The position numbers and the translations under genes are program-made. A stretch of 63,777 nt of DNA, filler included, from Kipferlia bialata (taxonomy: Eukaryota): assembly GCA_003568945.1 (NCBI GenBank). It is 8 parts of 7 records of this genome, joined end to end, with 100 filler letters (N's around TTAATTAATTAA, not from the genome) between each part and the next. Parts side by side here need not be neighbours in the genome. Positions count along the whole stretch, not along the records: positions 50,930 to 61,210 come from BDIP01001460.1; positions 61,311 to 63,777 come from BDIP01001522.1; 6 more parts are not named here. One strand, 5' to 3'. Below are positions 50,966 to 63,777 of this stretch, piece by piece (within the stretch, counting starts at the first letter, position 1; each line of letters opens with the position of its first letter). The notes under the pieces are model-generated. The model did not search any database. It saw nothing but the letters and a program-made list of their open reading frames with translations, and was not told where the DNA came from.

Positions 50966-51736
50966 CTTTCCCCTTGGGTGACACACCCATGGAGCAGGGA
51001 CAACCCCTCTCAGCCTTGCCACGGCCCCTAGGGATAGACCCACACACTATGAACTTGCCATTGTCTGACGAATAAGGGGGGGGGGGGGTAGATGTGTTTT
51101 AGAGAGAGGTAGAGAGAATAAGGAGAAGGCAAGAGAGGGGTGGGAACGTACACAAGGGAGTTGCAATTATCACGTGTCAAAGAGAGAGAGAGATAGGGGG
51201 GGGGTAGGTAGAGCGGGTGACCAACATACTACATACAAATGATAAAATTCTATATACAATGGTATTGCACGATGAATGAGATATATATGTACGTGGGGGG
51301 AGGAGGAGAGACACGAGAGTAGAAGGCGGAGAGACGAGGGGGGGGGGGAGGTATACGTATTAACCCCCTGTCGTTAGAGAGGAAGACACGGGGAGAGACA
51401 GAGTTCTCACTAGAGAAATGGGGAAGGGGGGGTATTACGATGCTTACTATACTCACGTGATAGCTCCCAGTGCCGCCCCGACTGTTCCTCCATCGCTAGC
51501 AACAGAGCAGCAGCTGTGGGCCATCCTTGCTTCCAGAAGGACCGATCTAGGCCACTGCCCTGATATCCAGTGGGGCTAGGGTTAAGAATGGTTACATAAT
51601 ATATACTACTGTCGATAGATATTCTATCAATCTGTTGTCAATGTACAAGTCCCACAAGTACATATGGTATGTATAGTATATATCGTTAATATATATACCC
51701 TATTGGCCCTGCTGGGCGCTTTGCACTTGGAGGCAT
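50966..51736 (-). CDS. Hypothetical protein 5' part, possible WRKY/FAR1/MuDR-type zinc-finger start
   Basis: Three in-frame exons: MPPSAKRPAGPIG/PTGYQ...RHWELS/HNGKFIVCGSIPRGRGKAERGCPCSMGVSPKGK; truncated by contig end. Confidence 0.5.
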
Positions 51737-51825
51737 CGAGAGAGAGAGAGAGAGCAAGGCGGCGCAAAGCATCGATGTTGCACTTTCGATTGTCCACACG
51801 TTTTGCGAGATACTCATTGTGACAG

Positions 51826-53357
51826 ATGCTCTCATTGCCGCTGGGAGGCCAAGCGACAATCCAGTGTCTACTATATGGGAAGGTAGTAACTGGATCTGGG
51901 CTATAACACCTGGATGAGGTGTTTACTCACACCCCGATGCCTACGAATCGGTCAATTTGATTATCCAGCACAATCAATGTCTTTGGCGTTTGGTATATCG
52001 GAATCGAGAGGCTATACTCACTTCGAAAAGCACATAGGATCTCCGCTAGCAGCATATGAATACCAGATATCCAAGGGGGGGATATGGGAGTGGGTAGAGG
52101 TGAGCCATCTCTCTCAGCCATATTTCGCAGGGTGCAAAATCCAGTGCAATCTTCTTGGCACCAAGCCAAACGGCAAAATCCACACTGAATGGGGGTCGAA
52201 AAGTCAGGCCTGCTTTCTACACAACAAATGACATACATCACCCCATTCAAGCCCGCATTCACTGCGTTTAGCGCACATGTGAAGGTAATGCATCCATATA
52301 AGCCTTCTTTGCGTCTTTTCGGGCATGTATTGCTGAAGATCTCTCTTTCGACCCCCATGATGTGTGGTCACTTCCTCTGTGGCTTCGATATATGCTCACA
52401 CCCAGTCCCTGCAAGACGTGCCTCTTCTCAGTACCTGTCCCGAGATACATACCGGTCTGGAGACCCTTCTCTCCTTCCACAGGTGTGTTACATCAGTGTA
52501 TGGATATCCCACACTGATCGGTGCATGTGCCATTGGCGTGCATTGCCTGATGGCCGTTGAATTCTCTCTCTCTCTCTCTTACCCTTAGGACCCTAGTTGG
52601 CAGCACCCCTGATGCCCCCAACCCCTATGACAACAATGTCTGCATAGGACTGCCGTGCATGCCCAAGGTATGCGTATAGACAGCAGATACATACACCATA
52701 TACTGATACTGCAATATCCATCCATTATTTCAAGTCTGGTCCAATACATACACCACATACATTGCTACTATGCAAGCTGATATACACTATAATCGCTCTA
52801 CATCTGTCACTTATAGTTGGTGTCACAGGGTGTCACTCACTGATGAGGGTCGGTATCCGTTTGATGTCTCTTCCAGCTCTCTCTATCTCTCTCTATTCAA
52901 TTACCAACCACTAGGGTATCCCAGGCGATGTCCGCCGCAACCTGCCCCACAAGCTGACCAACCTGCTCCACAAGGTATATAACTAATGAAAACCATAATA
53001 TTCGATCAATAACATAGATTCTCTCTCCAAGCAAATTATACATATATACCTCACCCCAGACCCCCCTTGAGCACCCTGTCTCAGGCCTCACCTACAATGC
53101 ATACCTGTCGGTGGTACTCGTGGCAGCAGAGGTATATATACTCCTATCTCTCTCTCTCTATGGTATAACTAATTGCACCCATATATATATATATACCAAT
53201 CATGCATACCTGTCGGTGGTCATGATTGCAGCGGAGGTATAACTATGTCTCAGATATATATATATATATATGTGTGTGTGTACACGCACCTGTCGGTGGT
53301 CATGATTGCAGCAGAGGTGTATTCTCCACTCTATTTCATTCATTTACTGGGGTTAGA

Positions 53358-53392
<35 letters not shown>

Positions 53393-53440
53393 CCCCTCTC
53401 CTCATAGGCCACCACTCTCTATCACCAGTGCTAGAGTGTC
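51826..53440 (+). CDS. Hypothetical multi-exon gene, model uncertain
   Basis: Clear 3' exons (SLQDVPLLSTCPE, GIPGDVRRNLPHKLTNLLHK, TPLEHPVSGLTYNAYLSVVLVAAE); 5' frame not resolved. Confidence 0.35.
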
Positions 53441-53805
53441 ATAAATTAGTGCCTAACGTATACACTCTCCCTTCTCAAGCTAACACTAGTTTGGCGGCAG
53501 TTGGCACAGCAGTAGTAGTGCTATATGCAAGCCCCACACTCACCTTGGGTGTCTTGCGGTTGGTGAAGGTCGCAATCCACTCCTCAGCTGTCCTCATGTC
53601 TAGTTATACAGACAGATATGCTCTCTCTCTCTCTATGTACAACCCCTGAGCTAATAGAGTGGCGGTTCACATATGCCAAACACCGATTTGGAGGCGATTT
53701 TCTGTAAAAACGCTGACGCAACTTAATGTTATAATCTGCCGGTTTATTGCCGACTCTCTGCTTTGAGAGACTGAGGGTCGACCTTGTCCCTCTTCTCAGA
53801 GAACA

Positions 53806-56800
53806 ATGGGTGATACTGAGCACACCTCTCTCCTCGACGCCGAGGGTGGCAAGAAGAAGTGCCACTCCGGCCACGGATTCTGGATGGGTACGTGGATATA
53901 TACGGATAGATACGCAGCTCTTTCACGTGTGTCTGAGGTTTGATACTGTTTTGGCCTCTCATACCTAGGTTTTGGCGCTGCATGCCTTCTGGCCATCGCA
54001 GTGGTCGTTGCCTACATCCTGGTGCCCATGAGGTAGGGGTGTACATTGTATATACACACTCTGCCATACATTCAAGTATAGTCAAGGCACATACTACATG
54101 TATATCATGTGTATATCTATATGTATCCATAGTGCATACATCCTGGTGTCCATGAGGTAGGGGTGTACTTATACATATGTATATATGTATGTATCACTTT
54201 TTGTATTCAAGTATGGTCAAGGCTCATCCTTGTCCAACATATCTGCCACATGTGTGCAATATATACCTGTACCTATATTGTATGAGGAATAGGAGATCTG
54301 TATTTGTATTATATGGAGTATTTAGTATTGATTGGTATATCTTATCATACATTTTCATTGAGTATAATTGTCTACATTGGTGGGTTGTCGGTAGCTTGCT
54401 GGTATTCACTCACTGTATGGGCATCACTGACTGATGTGTATCTTTGAATGAGTTATTGATAAGGAATCGGAAGAATCCATTAGACGCTTTTTCTCTCTCT
54501 CCCATCTCTCCCTCTCTCTCTCTCTCTCTCTCTCACACACCCCCAGCATCGGCAACATCTACACTTTCTCTCCCTCTCTCTCTCTCTCTCTCCCTCACCC
54601 CCAGCATCGGCAACATCCGTGACGACATCGCTGACGTCTCTGGCCAGGTATGACAGATATATATATATATATCTATATTACATTATATATATATTATACT
54701 GTATATATACCTATATTAATATATATCTATATTAATATAAATGTATCGCTGACGTCTCTGGACAGGTATATATACAGTATACTCATCTATATATACTTTG
54801 TGTCTTTACATGTTGGAATAGTCTCTGGCCAGGTATCTATACAGTGCACTCATCTACACTATAGTGTCTTGTGTATACATACACATACATATATATATAG
54901 GCACATTGTAAGAGTACTAACTTTATCGCTGATGTCTCTGGCCAGGTATGCAGATATGTCTGAGTCACCACCCTTGTCGACCAGACCATCTGTATACTCT
55001 TGTGTTATCGATTTGTGTTCTTTTCATTTAGCTATGGTATTTGTATTCTCTCTGCTCACCCCCAGGTCTCCACCCTTGCTGACCAGACCATCCATACTCT
55101 CTCCATATATACTCCTATATATATATACTTGTGTCTTTACATATTGGAATACTTATATATGAAGACTGTGCTCACCCCCAGGTCTCCACCCTGGCTGACC
55201 ACATACATTATCTTTAGACTGCAGTATATGTATACACATAGATGTGTATACGTATACTCCTGCTTACCCCCAGGTCTCCACCCTTGCTGACCAGACCATC
55301 TGCACTATCAATATACTCCAGAATAGTAATATGTACAGTATATTTTATATATATATATGTATATATAGACTGTGCTAATCCCCAGGTCTCCACCCTGGCT
55401 GACCTTCCATATACCCTCTCCATATATAATCTTATATATACACTTGTGGCTTACACGTATGTATTAATTTACTGACCCCCAGGTCTCCACCCTGGCTGAC
55501 CAGACCATCCCCATCCCATCCAAGTACAAGGTAACATAGTATATATATATATACATATATACAACATCTATTGGTATATATATTATTGTATATATAGAGA
55601 GAGACATGTGTGATCAGAGCGAAAGTATATATATATATATGTGTGTGTGTATCTATATCTTGTCGACCAGACCATCCCCATCCCATCCAAGTACAAGGTA
55701 TGGATATGGATATATGGATACTGATATATGGATATTGATATATCAATTATAGGGCCATGTCACACCAGTCAAGGACCAGTATCATTGATGCATATACACC
55801 TATTCTCTCTCTCTATATATATCACATGTCTTGTATATATACATATATACTGACCCTCCTATTGACCCCCCTTGACCCCAGGTTGACCATGTCACACCTG
55901 TCAAGGACCAGGGCGGACGCGGCACATGCTGGGACTTTGTACGTATCGCTTTGATACTCTCCCTCTGTGTGTATGTCTCTCTTCCTCTACACCCTTATTC
56001 CTTGGCCACTCTGGCCACCGTTGAGAACCAGTGGAGGAAGCATATATATATATATATATCTCTTTCTCTCCCTCTACACCCTTATTTTCTCTCCTTACCT
56101 ACTAGGCCACCATGGCCACCGTTGAGAACCAGTGGAGGAAGCAGGCCATCGAGCGTGGCCTGATCACAGCTGACCAGTACACCTCATTCAGTGAGCAGGT
56201 ATCATTTTATATAGACATACAGATAAGTATATATATGATTGATATATATGAATAGATGTATATAGATATATAGTAGCGTGGCCTGATCACAGCTGACCAG
56301 TACACCTCATTCAGTGAGCAGGTATTGTATATGTGAGTATACATATATAGCTAGCTAGATAGAGATAGATGGATATGATATATATATATATATACATAGA
56401 TATATAGTGGCGTGGCCTCATCACAGCTGACCAGTACACCTCATTCAGTGAGCAGGTATTGTGTAGATAGACATATACATGTCATAGACTATGAATAGAG
56501 AGTGGATAATAGAGCTATGTGTCTCTCCCTATCTCCCCTCTACCTCCTTCTCCCTTCTTCTCTCACCCTCAGGGCTGGGGCGCCTCCATGATCGACTACT
56601 GCACTGCCAACCCAGGTACAGTATATATAGATATATATATACGTATAGTAGCGTATACACAGAAGTATATATGTTAGTATATATGATATATTCATATATG
56701 CATCCATGATCGACTACTGCATTGCCAACCCAGGTATGAATTACATTATATATGTATATATACTATAAGTAGTTATATATGGTGGTATATATAGATGGAT

Positions 56801-57054
56801 TGTATTTTTACATTGTAGTACATGCGTTAGTATTATATATGTATATATAGATGTATCTATGATCGGCTACTGCACTGCCCATAATAGATATAGGAGATTA
56901 TATGTGTTTATAGTATTATATGTTTGTGTATGTATATAGATTGATAGTTACGATCGACCACTGCACTGCCAACCAAGGCACATTGTGGATACATGTGGTA
57001 TATTGTTAATATACCATAGTACTCACTCTCAGCTGACTGTCCCGACACCCCCAC

Positions 57055-57086
<32 letters not shown>

Positions 57087-58263
57087 ATGTATATTCTAAT
57101 AAGTACGTATGCTCTTACCCCAGCTGACTGTCCCGACACACCCACCTCCACCGGAGATGCCACAGACGGATACGAGGTATGTATGTATACATGTATATAT
57201 ATATATAGATATATATATATATATATAGTGTGTATAGTATACATGATGTATATATATTAATATTTATAGTGTGTATAGTATACTATATATAGTGTGATGT
57301 GTTGCATACCCACCTCCACNNNNNNNNNNNNNNNNNNNNNNNNNNNNNNNNNNNNNNNNNNNNNNNNNNNNNNNNNNNNNNNNNNNNNNNNNNNNNNNNN
57401 NNNNNNNNNNNNNNNNNNNNNNNNNNNNNNNNNNNNNNNNNNNNNNNNNNNNNNNNNNNNNNNNNNNNNNNNNNNNNNNNNNNNNNNNNNNNNNNNNNNN
57501 NNNNNNNNNNNNNNNNNNNNNNNNNNNNNNNNNNNNNNNNNNNNNNNNNNNNNNNNNNNNNNNNNNNNNNNNNNNNNNNNNNNNNNNNNNNNNNNNNNNN
57601 NNNNNNNNNNNNNNNNNNNNNNNNNNNNNNNNNNNNNNNNNNNNNNNNNNNNNNNNNNNNNNNNNNNNNNNNNNNNNNNNNNNNNNNNNNNNNNNNNNNN
57701 NNNNNNNNNNNNNNNNNNNNNNNNNNNNNNNNNNNNNNNNNNNNNNNNNNNNNNNNNNNNNNNNNNNNNNNNNNNNNNNNNNNNNNNNNNNNNNNNNNNN
57801 NNNNNNNNNNNNNNNNNNNNNNNNNNNNNNNNNNNNNNNNNNNNNNNNNNNNNNNNNNNNNNNNNNNNNNNNNNNNNNNNNNNNNNNNNNNNNNNNNNNN
57901 NNNNNNNNNNNNNNNNNNNNNNNNNNNNNNNNNNNNNNNNNNNNNNNNNNNNNNNNNNNNNNNNNNNNNNNNNNNNNNNNNNNNNNNNNNNNNNNNNNNN
58001 NNNNNNNNNNNNNNNNNNNNNNNNNNNNNNNNNNNNNNNNNNNNNNNNNNNNNNNNNNNNNNNNNNNNNNNNNNNNNNNNNNNNNNNNNNNNNNNNNNNN
58101 NNNNNNNNNNNNNNNNNNNNNNNNNNNNNNNNNNNNNNNNNNNNNNNNNNNNNNNNNNNNNNNNNNNNNNNNNNNNNNNNNNNNNNNNNNNNNNNNNNNN
58201 NNNNNNNNNNNNNNNNNNNNNNNNNNNNNNNNNNNNNGGCACCAACATGCCCACTGAGTGCAC

Positions 58264-58297
<34 letters not shown>

Positions 58298-59146
58298 ACA
58301 CCCTTAATACCAGGTACTTTGGCACCAACATGCCCACCGAGTGCACCATGAGGGCCACACCCTGCCCAGAGGACATGGCCGGTAGGGATACTACATATAT
58401 ACATATATACTCTACTATTCATATATATATATATAGAGTATACATTAGTGTATGTATATAGGTATATGTATGATGTGTCATCTATGAGGAACACACCCTG
58501 CCCAGAGGACATGGCTGGTTAGTGCTCTCTCTCTCCCTCTCTCTCTCTTTATCTACATATATATATAGAGACATATAGATAGAGAGTGTACATTAGTATC
58601 TATATGCATCATCCATGAGGAACACACCCAGCCCAGAGGACATGGTCGGTTAGTGCTGTATATATTGTATAATTATATATATTAATATTTTGTATATATA
58701 CAATGTGTTAATATAGTACATTATCTATGAGGAACACAGCCTGCCCAGAGGACATGGCCGGTGTGTATATATATATATATGTGTGTGTGTATACGTAAAT
58801 AGAGAGAGAGATAGAATATTCCCTCACTCCCAGGCATTGCCGACTACTGTGTCGAGTACACTGTCATGACCACAGCCGAGGGACACTTCTACAGCAGGTA
58901 TGGGAGTATACAATAGTTACTGAGACATATACAACAGATGTAGTGGCATGCATAGTCGGCCTTTATATTGAGTATCTATCCATAGTGTTGTTCTGCCTTA
59001 AAGGCTCATCCCAGCATCTCTCTCTCTAGTTGTAATGTCTATATATCTCTCTATATATATTTACAGGTATAGATAAGATTATACTCACCTTCAGGCGCAC
59101 CCCCCAGCCCCTCGGTGCCCACGCCATGCAGATCGTCGGTATGTGC

Positions 59147-59181
<35 letters not shown>

Positions 59182-60407
59182 CTTCTAAGTATCATAAATA
59201 TATCCTCCTGAATACATACTTGTATGATTTGACTTTGCATGACCTCTATTGACCCCCTTTGACCCCCTAGGATGGAACGATGAGGCCGTTGCCAACGTCG
59301 GTGTCGGACAGACCAAGTACAAGGGTGGATTCATCCTCAAGGTATGATATTCATTTATCTCTCTCTCTCTCTCCCTCTACACCTATTTACCACAGAACTC
59401 CTGGACTGCCGATATGTCTCACTCCATGGAGTGGTTCGCTGGCGAGATCTCCGTCAGGTAACACATCAATACATATATAGATATGTATAAATATATATAT
59501 AGAGAGAGAGAGAGTTCACTGGCGAGATCTCCGTCAGGTAATACATCAATACATGTGTAGATATGTATAAATATATACATATAGATAGAGTTCGCTGGCG
59601 AGATCTCCGTCAGGTATTACATCAATACATATTTTGATATTAATATATATAGAGAGAGAGAGTTCGCTGGCGAGATCTCCGTCAGGTAATACATATGCAT
59701 ATGTACAGTTGCTGCAATATGTAAATGTATATATTTCTATATGTAGCTGTCTCACCTTCCAGGAACGAGAAGTACCAGTGCCCCAACATCCGTGCCCCCC
59801 AGGTATCTCTCTCTCTTAATGTAAATATCACAATTTTCTCTCTTTCTACTTATATTTCTATACCTCTATCTATCAGCAGGTATTTGTCTGTCTGTCTCTC
59901 CCTCTTTCTCTCTGTATACCCTCTGTCTAACCCCCCTAGAAGTGGGTCTCCGTGCAGCACGCCTCTCTCTCTTTCTCTCTGTCTATATATATATATAAAT
60001 ATATATATACATGTATATGCACATGTTTATCACTTACCCCCCTAGAAGTGGGTCCCCGTGCAGCATGCTGCTCTCTCTCTCCCTCTCTCTCTCTATATAT
60101 ATATGCAGATGTATATATCACTTACCCCTAGAAGTGGGTCCCCGTGCAGCACGCTGATGAGGACATGTACAAGCTGGAGGGTACGTCAATGTATAGATTA
60201 CAATAATGCATATATTGGTATGCATATATATGTATGTATATATATGTGTGTGTGTATATATATATTAATAGACGAGAGAAAGAGAGGAATAGAGAGAGAT
60301 GAGGACATGTACAAGCGGGAGGGTGAGTATGTATAAGTATATATGTGTATATATATATATATTGGGAGGGAGAGAGATACTGGAGGGTGAGTATTATTGT
60401 ATATATG

Positions 60408-60439
<32 letters not shown>

Positions 60440-60790
60440 TGAGGACATCTACAAGCTGGAGGGTGAGTATAAATGTTTTGATTTCTATAATGCATATATG
60501 CATATAAATATGTGTGTGTATATATTAATTTCTTGACGAGAGAAAGAGAGGAATAGAGAGAGATGAGGACATGTACAAGCGGGAGGGTACGTTATCTCTC
60601 TCTCCCTCCCTCTTCACCCTTATGCCAGACATCACCATCCTTGTCTGCCAGCCCGATTCTCTCTCTCTCTCTCCCCCCCTCTACACCCTTATATCCAGAC
60701 ACCACTATCCTTGTCTGCCATGGATTCTCTCTCTCTCTCTCTCTCTCTACACCCTTATGCCAGACACCACCATCCTTGTCTGCCAGCCCG

Positions 60791-60827
<37 letters not shown>

Positions 60828-60958
60828 ACCCTTATATCCAGACACCACCATCCTTGTCTGCCAGCCCGATGGTAACAAGCCCGCCCACTTCCACACTGCA
60901 GACTTCACCACTCTCGCAGAGGTCGTCAACTGCAGAGAGGTATGCATGTATACATATG

Positions 60959-60993
<35 letters not shown>

Positions 60994-61150
60994 TATATGT
61001 GTGTGTATATATATATACACTGCAGACTTCACCACACTGGCTGAGGTCGTCAACTGCCGCGCGGTGAGTATATGTGCATCTTACTACTGACTGTATACAT
61101 AGTGTACACATATAGTCCCCAGGACAAGCACAAGCCCTTGCCTCCTTCAA
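53806..61150 (+). CDS. Papain-family (C1A) cysteine protease with N-terminal TM anchor; interrupted by gap, 3' truncated
   Basis: VTPVKDQGGRGTCWDFAT (oxyanion Gln and catalytic Cys), SFSEQ, GAHAMQIVGWND (His) and FILKNSW (Asn). TM segment GFWMGFGAACLLAIAVVVAYILVPM. Confidence 0.93.
57320..58237. other. Scaffold gap (N run)
   Basis: Plain N run inside the protease gene. Confidence 0.95.
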
Positions 61151-61152
61151 GC

Positions 61153-61200
<48 letters not shown>

Positions 61201-61210
61201 GTATATATAT

Positions 61211-61310
61211 NNNNNNNNNNNNNNNNNNNNNNNNNNNNNNNNNNNNNNNNNNNNTTAATTAATTAANNNNNNNNNNNNNNNNNNNNNNNNNNNNNNNNNN
61301 NNNNNNNNNN
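61211..61310. other. Artificial contig linker
   Basis: N44-TTAATTAATTAA-N44. Confidence 0.98.
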
Positions 61311-61420
61311 GATATGTTCTGTTCTCATTGTGAGTTGTCCTCCCCCCCCCCCCCTCCCTCTCTCTCTCTCCTCTTCTCTGTCTCTCTCCCTCCTTTGTAT
61401 TACTATCTCCCTGACCCAGC

Positions 61421-63117
61421 CGTCGTGTGTACCGCCTGTCCCTTGACTCACTGGAGTGGCACAGAGTGGACAGAGAGAGAGAGAGAGTGGACATGCAGAA
61501 GGACAATATACCATATGCCCCATGCCCCTCTAGACACACCTCTATATCTATGACAGGTGCAGAGGTGCAGCGCAGGGCGTGGGAGAGAATGCAGACGGTG
61601 GAGACAGTATTCAGGTGCCCCGGTCACAATCCGCCTGTGCTTGGTCATTTTTGTGTTATTACAGTTACTGGCACTGACGATAGTCCTTGTGACACCTCGT
61701 GACCTATTCATATACACAATATATATGTGTGTGTATACTCTGAATACTATGTATCCTGGAAATACCTCCTCTCCATAAGCGTCTAACTTCCAGTATCGGC
61801 CATGTTGTAGTGATATTGGGTCAGGTGCATTTAGAGGAACGGATACAGGAACGGCCGTGGTAAGTAATTTGATGTTTCTTTATATTACTTCCCACGTTTT
61901 CATAATGGGTGACATACGAATATGGAGTGACAATTTCAAGTCCTGGAATTTATAGTGTAAAAATATTCCCACCACAGTGTTGTTACTCGTCGGAGGCAAC
62001 AGGCTCGTACATGGGTCTATGACACACACACATACACCCTAGAGTGCCTGGGCAAACCACCAATGAAATAGTGAGTATCATATACACATCTTTCTGATTG
62101 TGCCACTTAACCCACTGGGCCCTCCCTCAGTGGAACTGATATGCATTCATTACATACAGTGTATACATGACCTGTACGTGTTTGATTACCCACCGTCCTC
62201 TCTCTCCAACCTCAGTCTGTCTCCTAGGATGGCTGTGTGTGGTGACACTGCCCACTATGTGCGTGGACACCTGCACTACACATTCACCCTGGAAGGTATG
62301 CATCTTTGCTGTATTGTACGGTGTTAAGTGTCAGTTGTTGCCCTCCAGGTACATTGTTTCTGTACAGTATTGTCTATTAGTCGCCGTCCTGCTCTATTCT
62401 GGAGCAGCTATAGACCCACTGTGTATACAATCCTGGCCGTGCTGTGCATGTAAAGTAGAGATGACAGCATATACTGGTACTGATACTGATGCTGATTTCC
62501 AGACGGGTGGAAGCAACTGGCCAACCTACCCAGTGCCGAATATGGGTCATACCTCACCTCCATGGGTAGAGCGGTGCTGTACCCTGGCAGGGATTGCGAC
62601 ATAGGTGGGGTCATATGCTGTAGATGTGTCTCTACTTTCCTCTGTCTGTGTCTTATCCTCAGTCATATACGATGTCGTGTCGGATGACTCTAGCACCGAG
62701 TACATGTACTCTGCTGATGGGGCAGAGACAGACACTAACGGAGGGGGTGGGGTAGAGGGGACCCTAGTAGACTCAAACTGCGGTGGTATGCACAGTAGAC
62801 TAGGTTCCATGCACCCAGTGCACAATGACGGCTACAACATGCGTCTGGTGCCATTAGACTCATGCTCGGCCCTACAGGTATGGATATATGAATATACATG
62901 TACATATATGGAGTGGTTGATAGAGCTCTCGGGGCCAATGTATGCGATACTATATGTTTGCTATACGACTAATTGCTATATGATACCAATCTGTTGGTGC
63001 AAGTCCTATCCACCAACTACTACTAGGTTCAAGAGATGCCTTCTGTCGACAATGACGGGAAGGGCTGTGATATTATGTTCTATCTGGTCCACTTTGACTG
63101 GTCCCTAGACGACTAGA
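61421..63117 (+). CDS. Divergent kelch-like protein fragment(s), possibly degenerate
   Basis: VYRLSLDSLEWHRV, MAVCGDTAHYV..HYTFTLE/DGWKQLANLP and YDVVSDD resemble kelch blades; frame not fully resolved. Confidence 0.35.
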
Positions 63118-63250
63118 GTACTTGACAGTCACGTCAGAATCAAGGACTCTGGAACAATTCTATTCATCCTGGTCATCCCTGCCTGGTCGATAGATTGAGG
63201 CAGCTACTTGGTGCCAACACATACTACTATACTTCCCCTATGGTTGTCGA

Positions 63251-63777
63251 CTACTTGTCTACGCGACGTCTGTAGCACACATCACACCACACGTCCTCAA
63301 AGTACCTGTTGAGGGGCAGGCACTGCAGGGTGTCAGCTGGGGTCAGAGAGAATAGAGAGATCTGCGCGTAGACACTCGGGACTTTGGTATATCTAGCAGT
63401 GTATATATATGTTGAGCTTATGTAAGACTGAGCAGGTAGTCTGACCTCTTTCCCACAGCTCCCTCCGTATGTCCTCAGAGAGCTTGTTCACATACTGGGC
63501 CTGGACTGTATCCACCAGGTCTGTGTACAGGGCTCTGGCCCCAGCTTCATCGTCATACACCTGGTCCTAGTAGTTAGCACTCACTGGCATTATTGAATAC
63601 ACTTACTGACACTATTGAACACACAATGAATGGTCGGTGTAACTACACTCACCTCATCCAGGCACATGTATACCCTAGCTGTGACCCCTCTCTTGGCTAG
63701 TTCACGCCACAGACCCATGTGAAGCCTGTGCAGCTTGGTGCCAGGCCTTGCACGCACAGTCTCGTGTGTACATACCA
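63251..63777 (-). CDS. C-terminal three exons of a hypothetical protein
   Basis: In-frame join LHRLHMGLWRELAKRG...LDE/DQVYDDE...ELWER/ADTLQCLPLNRYFEDVWCDVCYRRRVDK*. Confidence 0.6.

Overview
This is eukaryotic, intron-rich protist DNA, not prokaryotic. The window is an artificial concatenation of 8 contigs joined by 100-nt linkers (44 N + TTAATTAATTAA + 44 N), plus two scaffold gaps, so gene order across linkers is meaningless. The splice signals (branch point fused to the 3' AG), kelch genes and (CT)n/(TA)n-rich introns suggest a free-living fornicate/metamonad such as Kipferlia (inference). By manual exon joining I recognise: a kelch protein, a pepsin-family protease, an MRG-domain protein, an armadillo-repeat protein, SEC11, a CHD-like chromodomain N-terminus, a PITP, a coiled-coil + bacterial-type PARG + multi-PBZ fusion, UBA2/SAE2, a BBOF1-like protein, a degenerate membrane-linked phosphodiesterase, a CruF/DUF422-like protein and a membrane-anchored papain-family protease. 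The most striking unexplained structure is dozens of 'exon echoes'. These are 15-50-nt copies of exon edges, usually with their splice site, stacked in tandem inside introns with strict polarity. They differ from the real exon mostly at synonymous codon positions. Exon boundaries were read by eye and may be off by a few nt.
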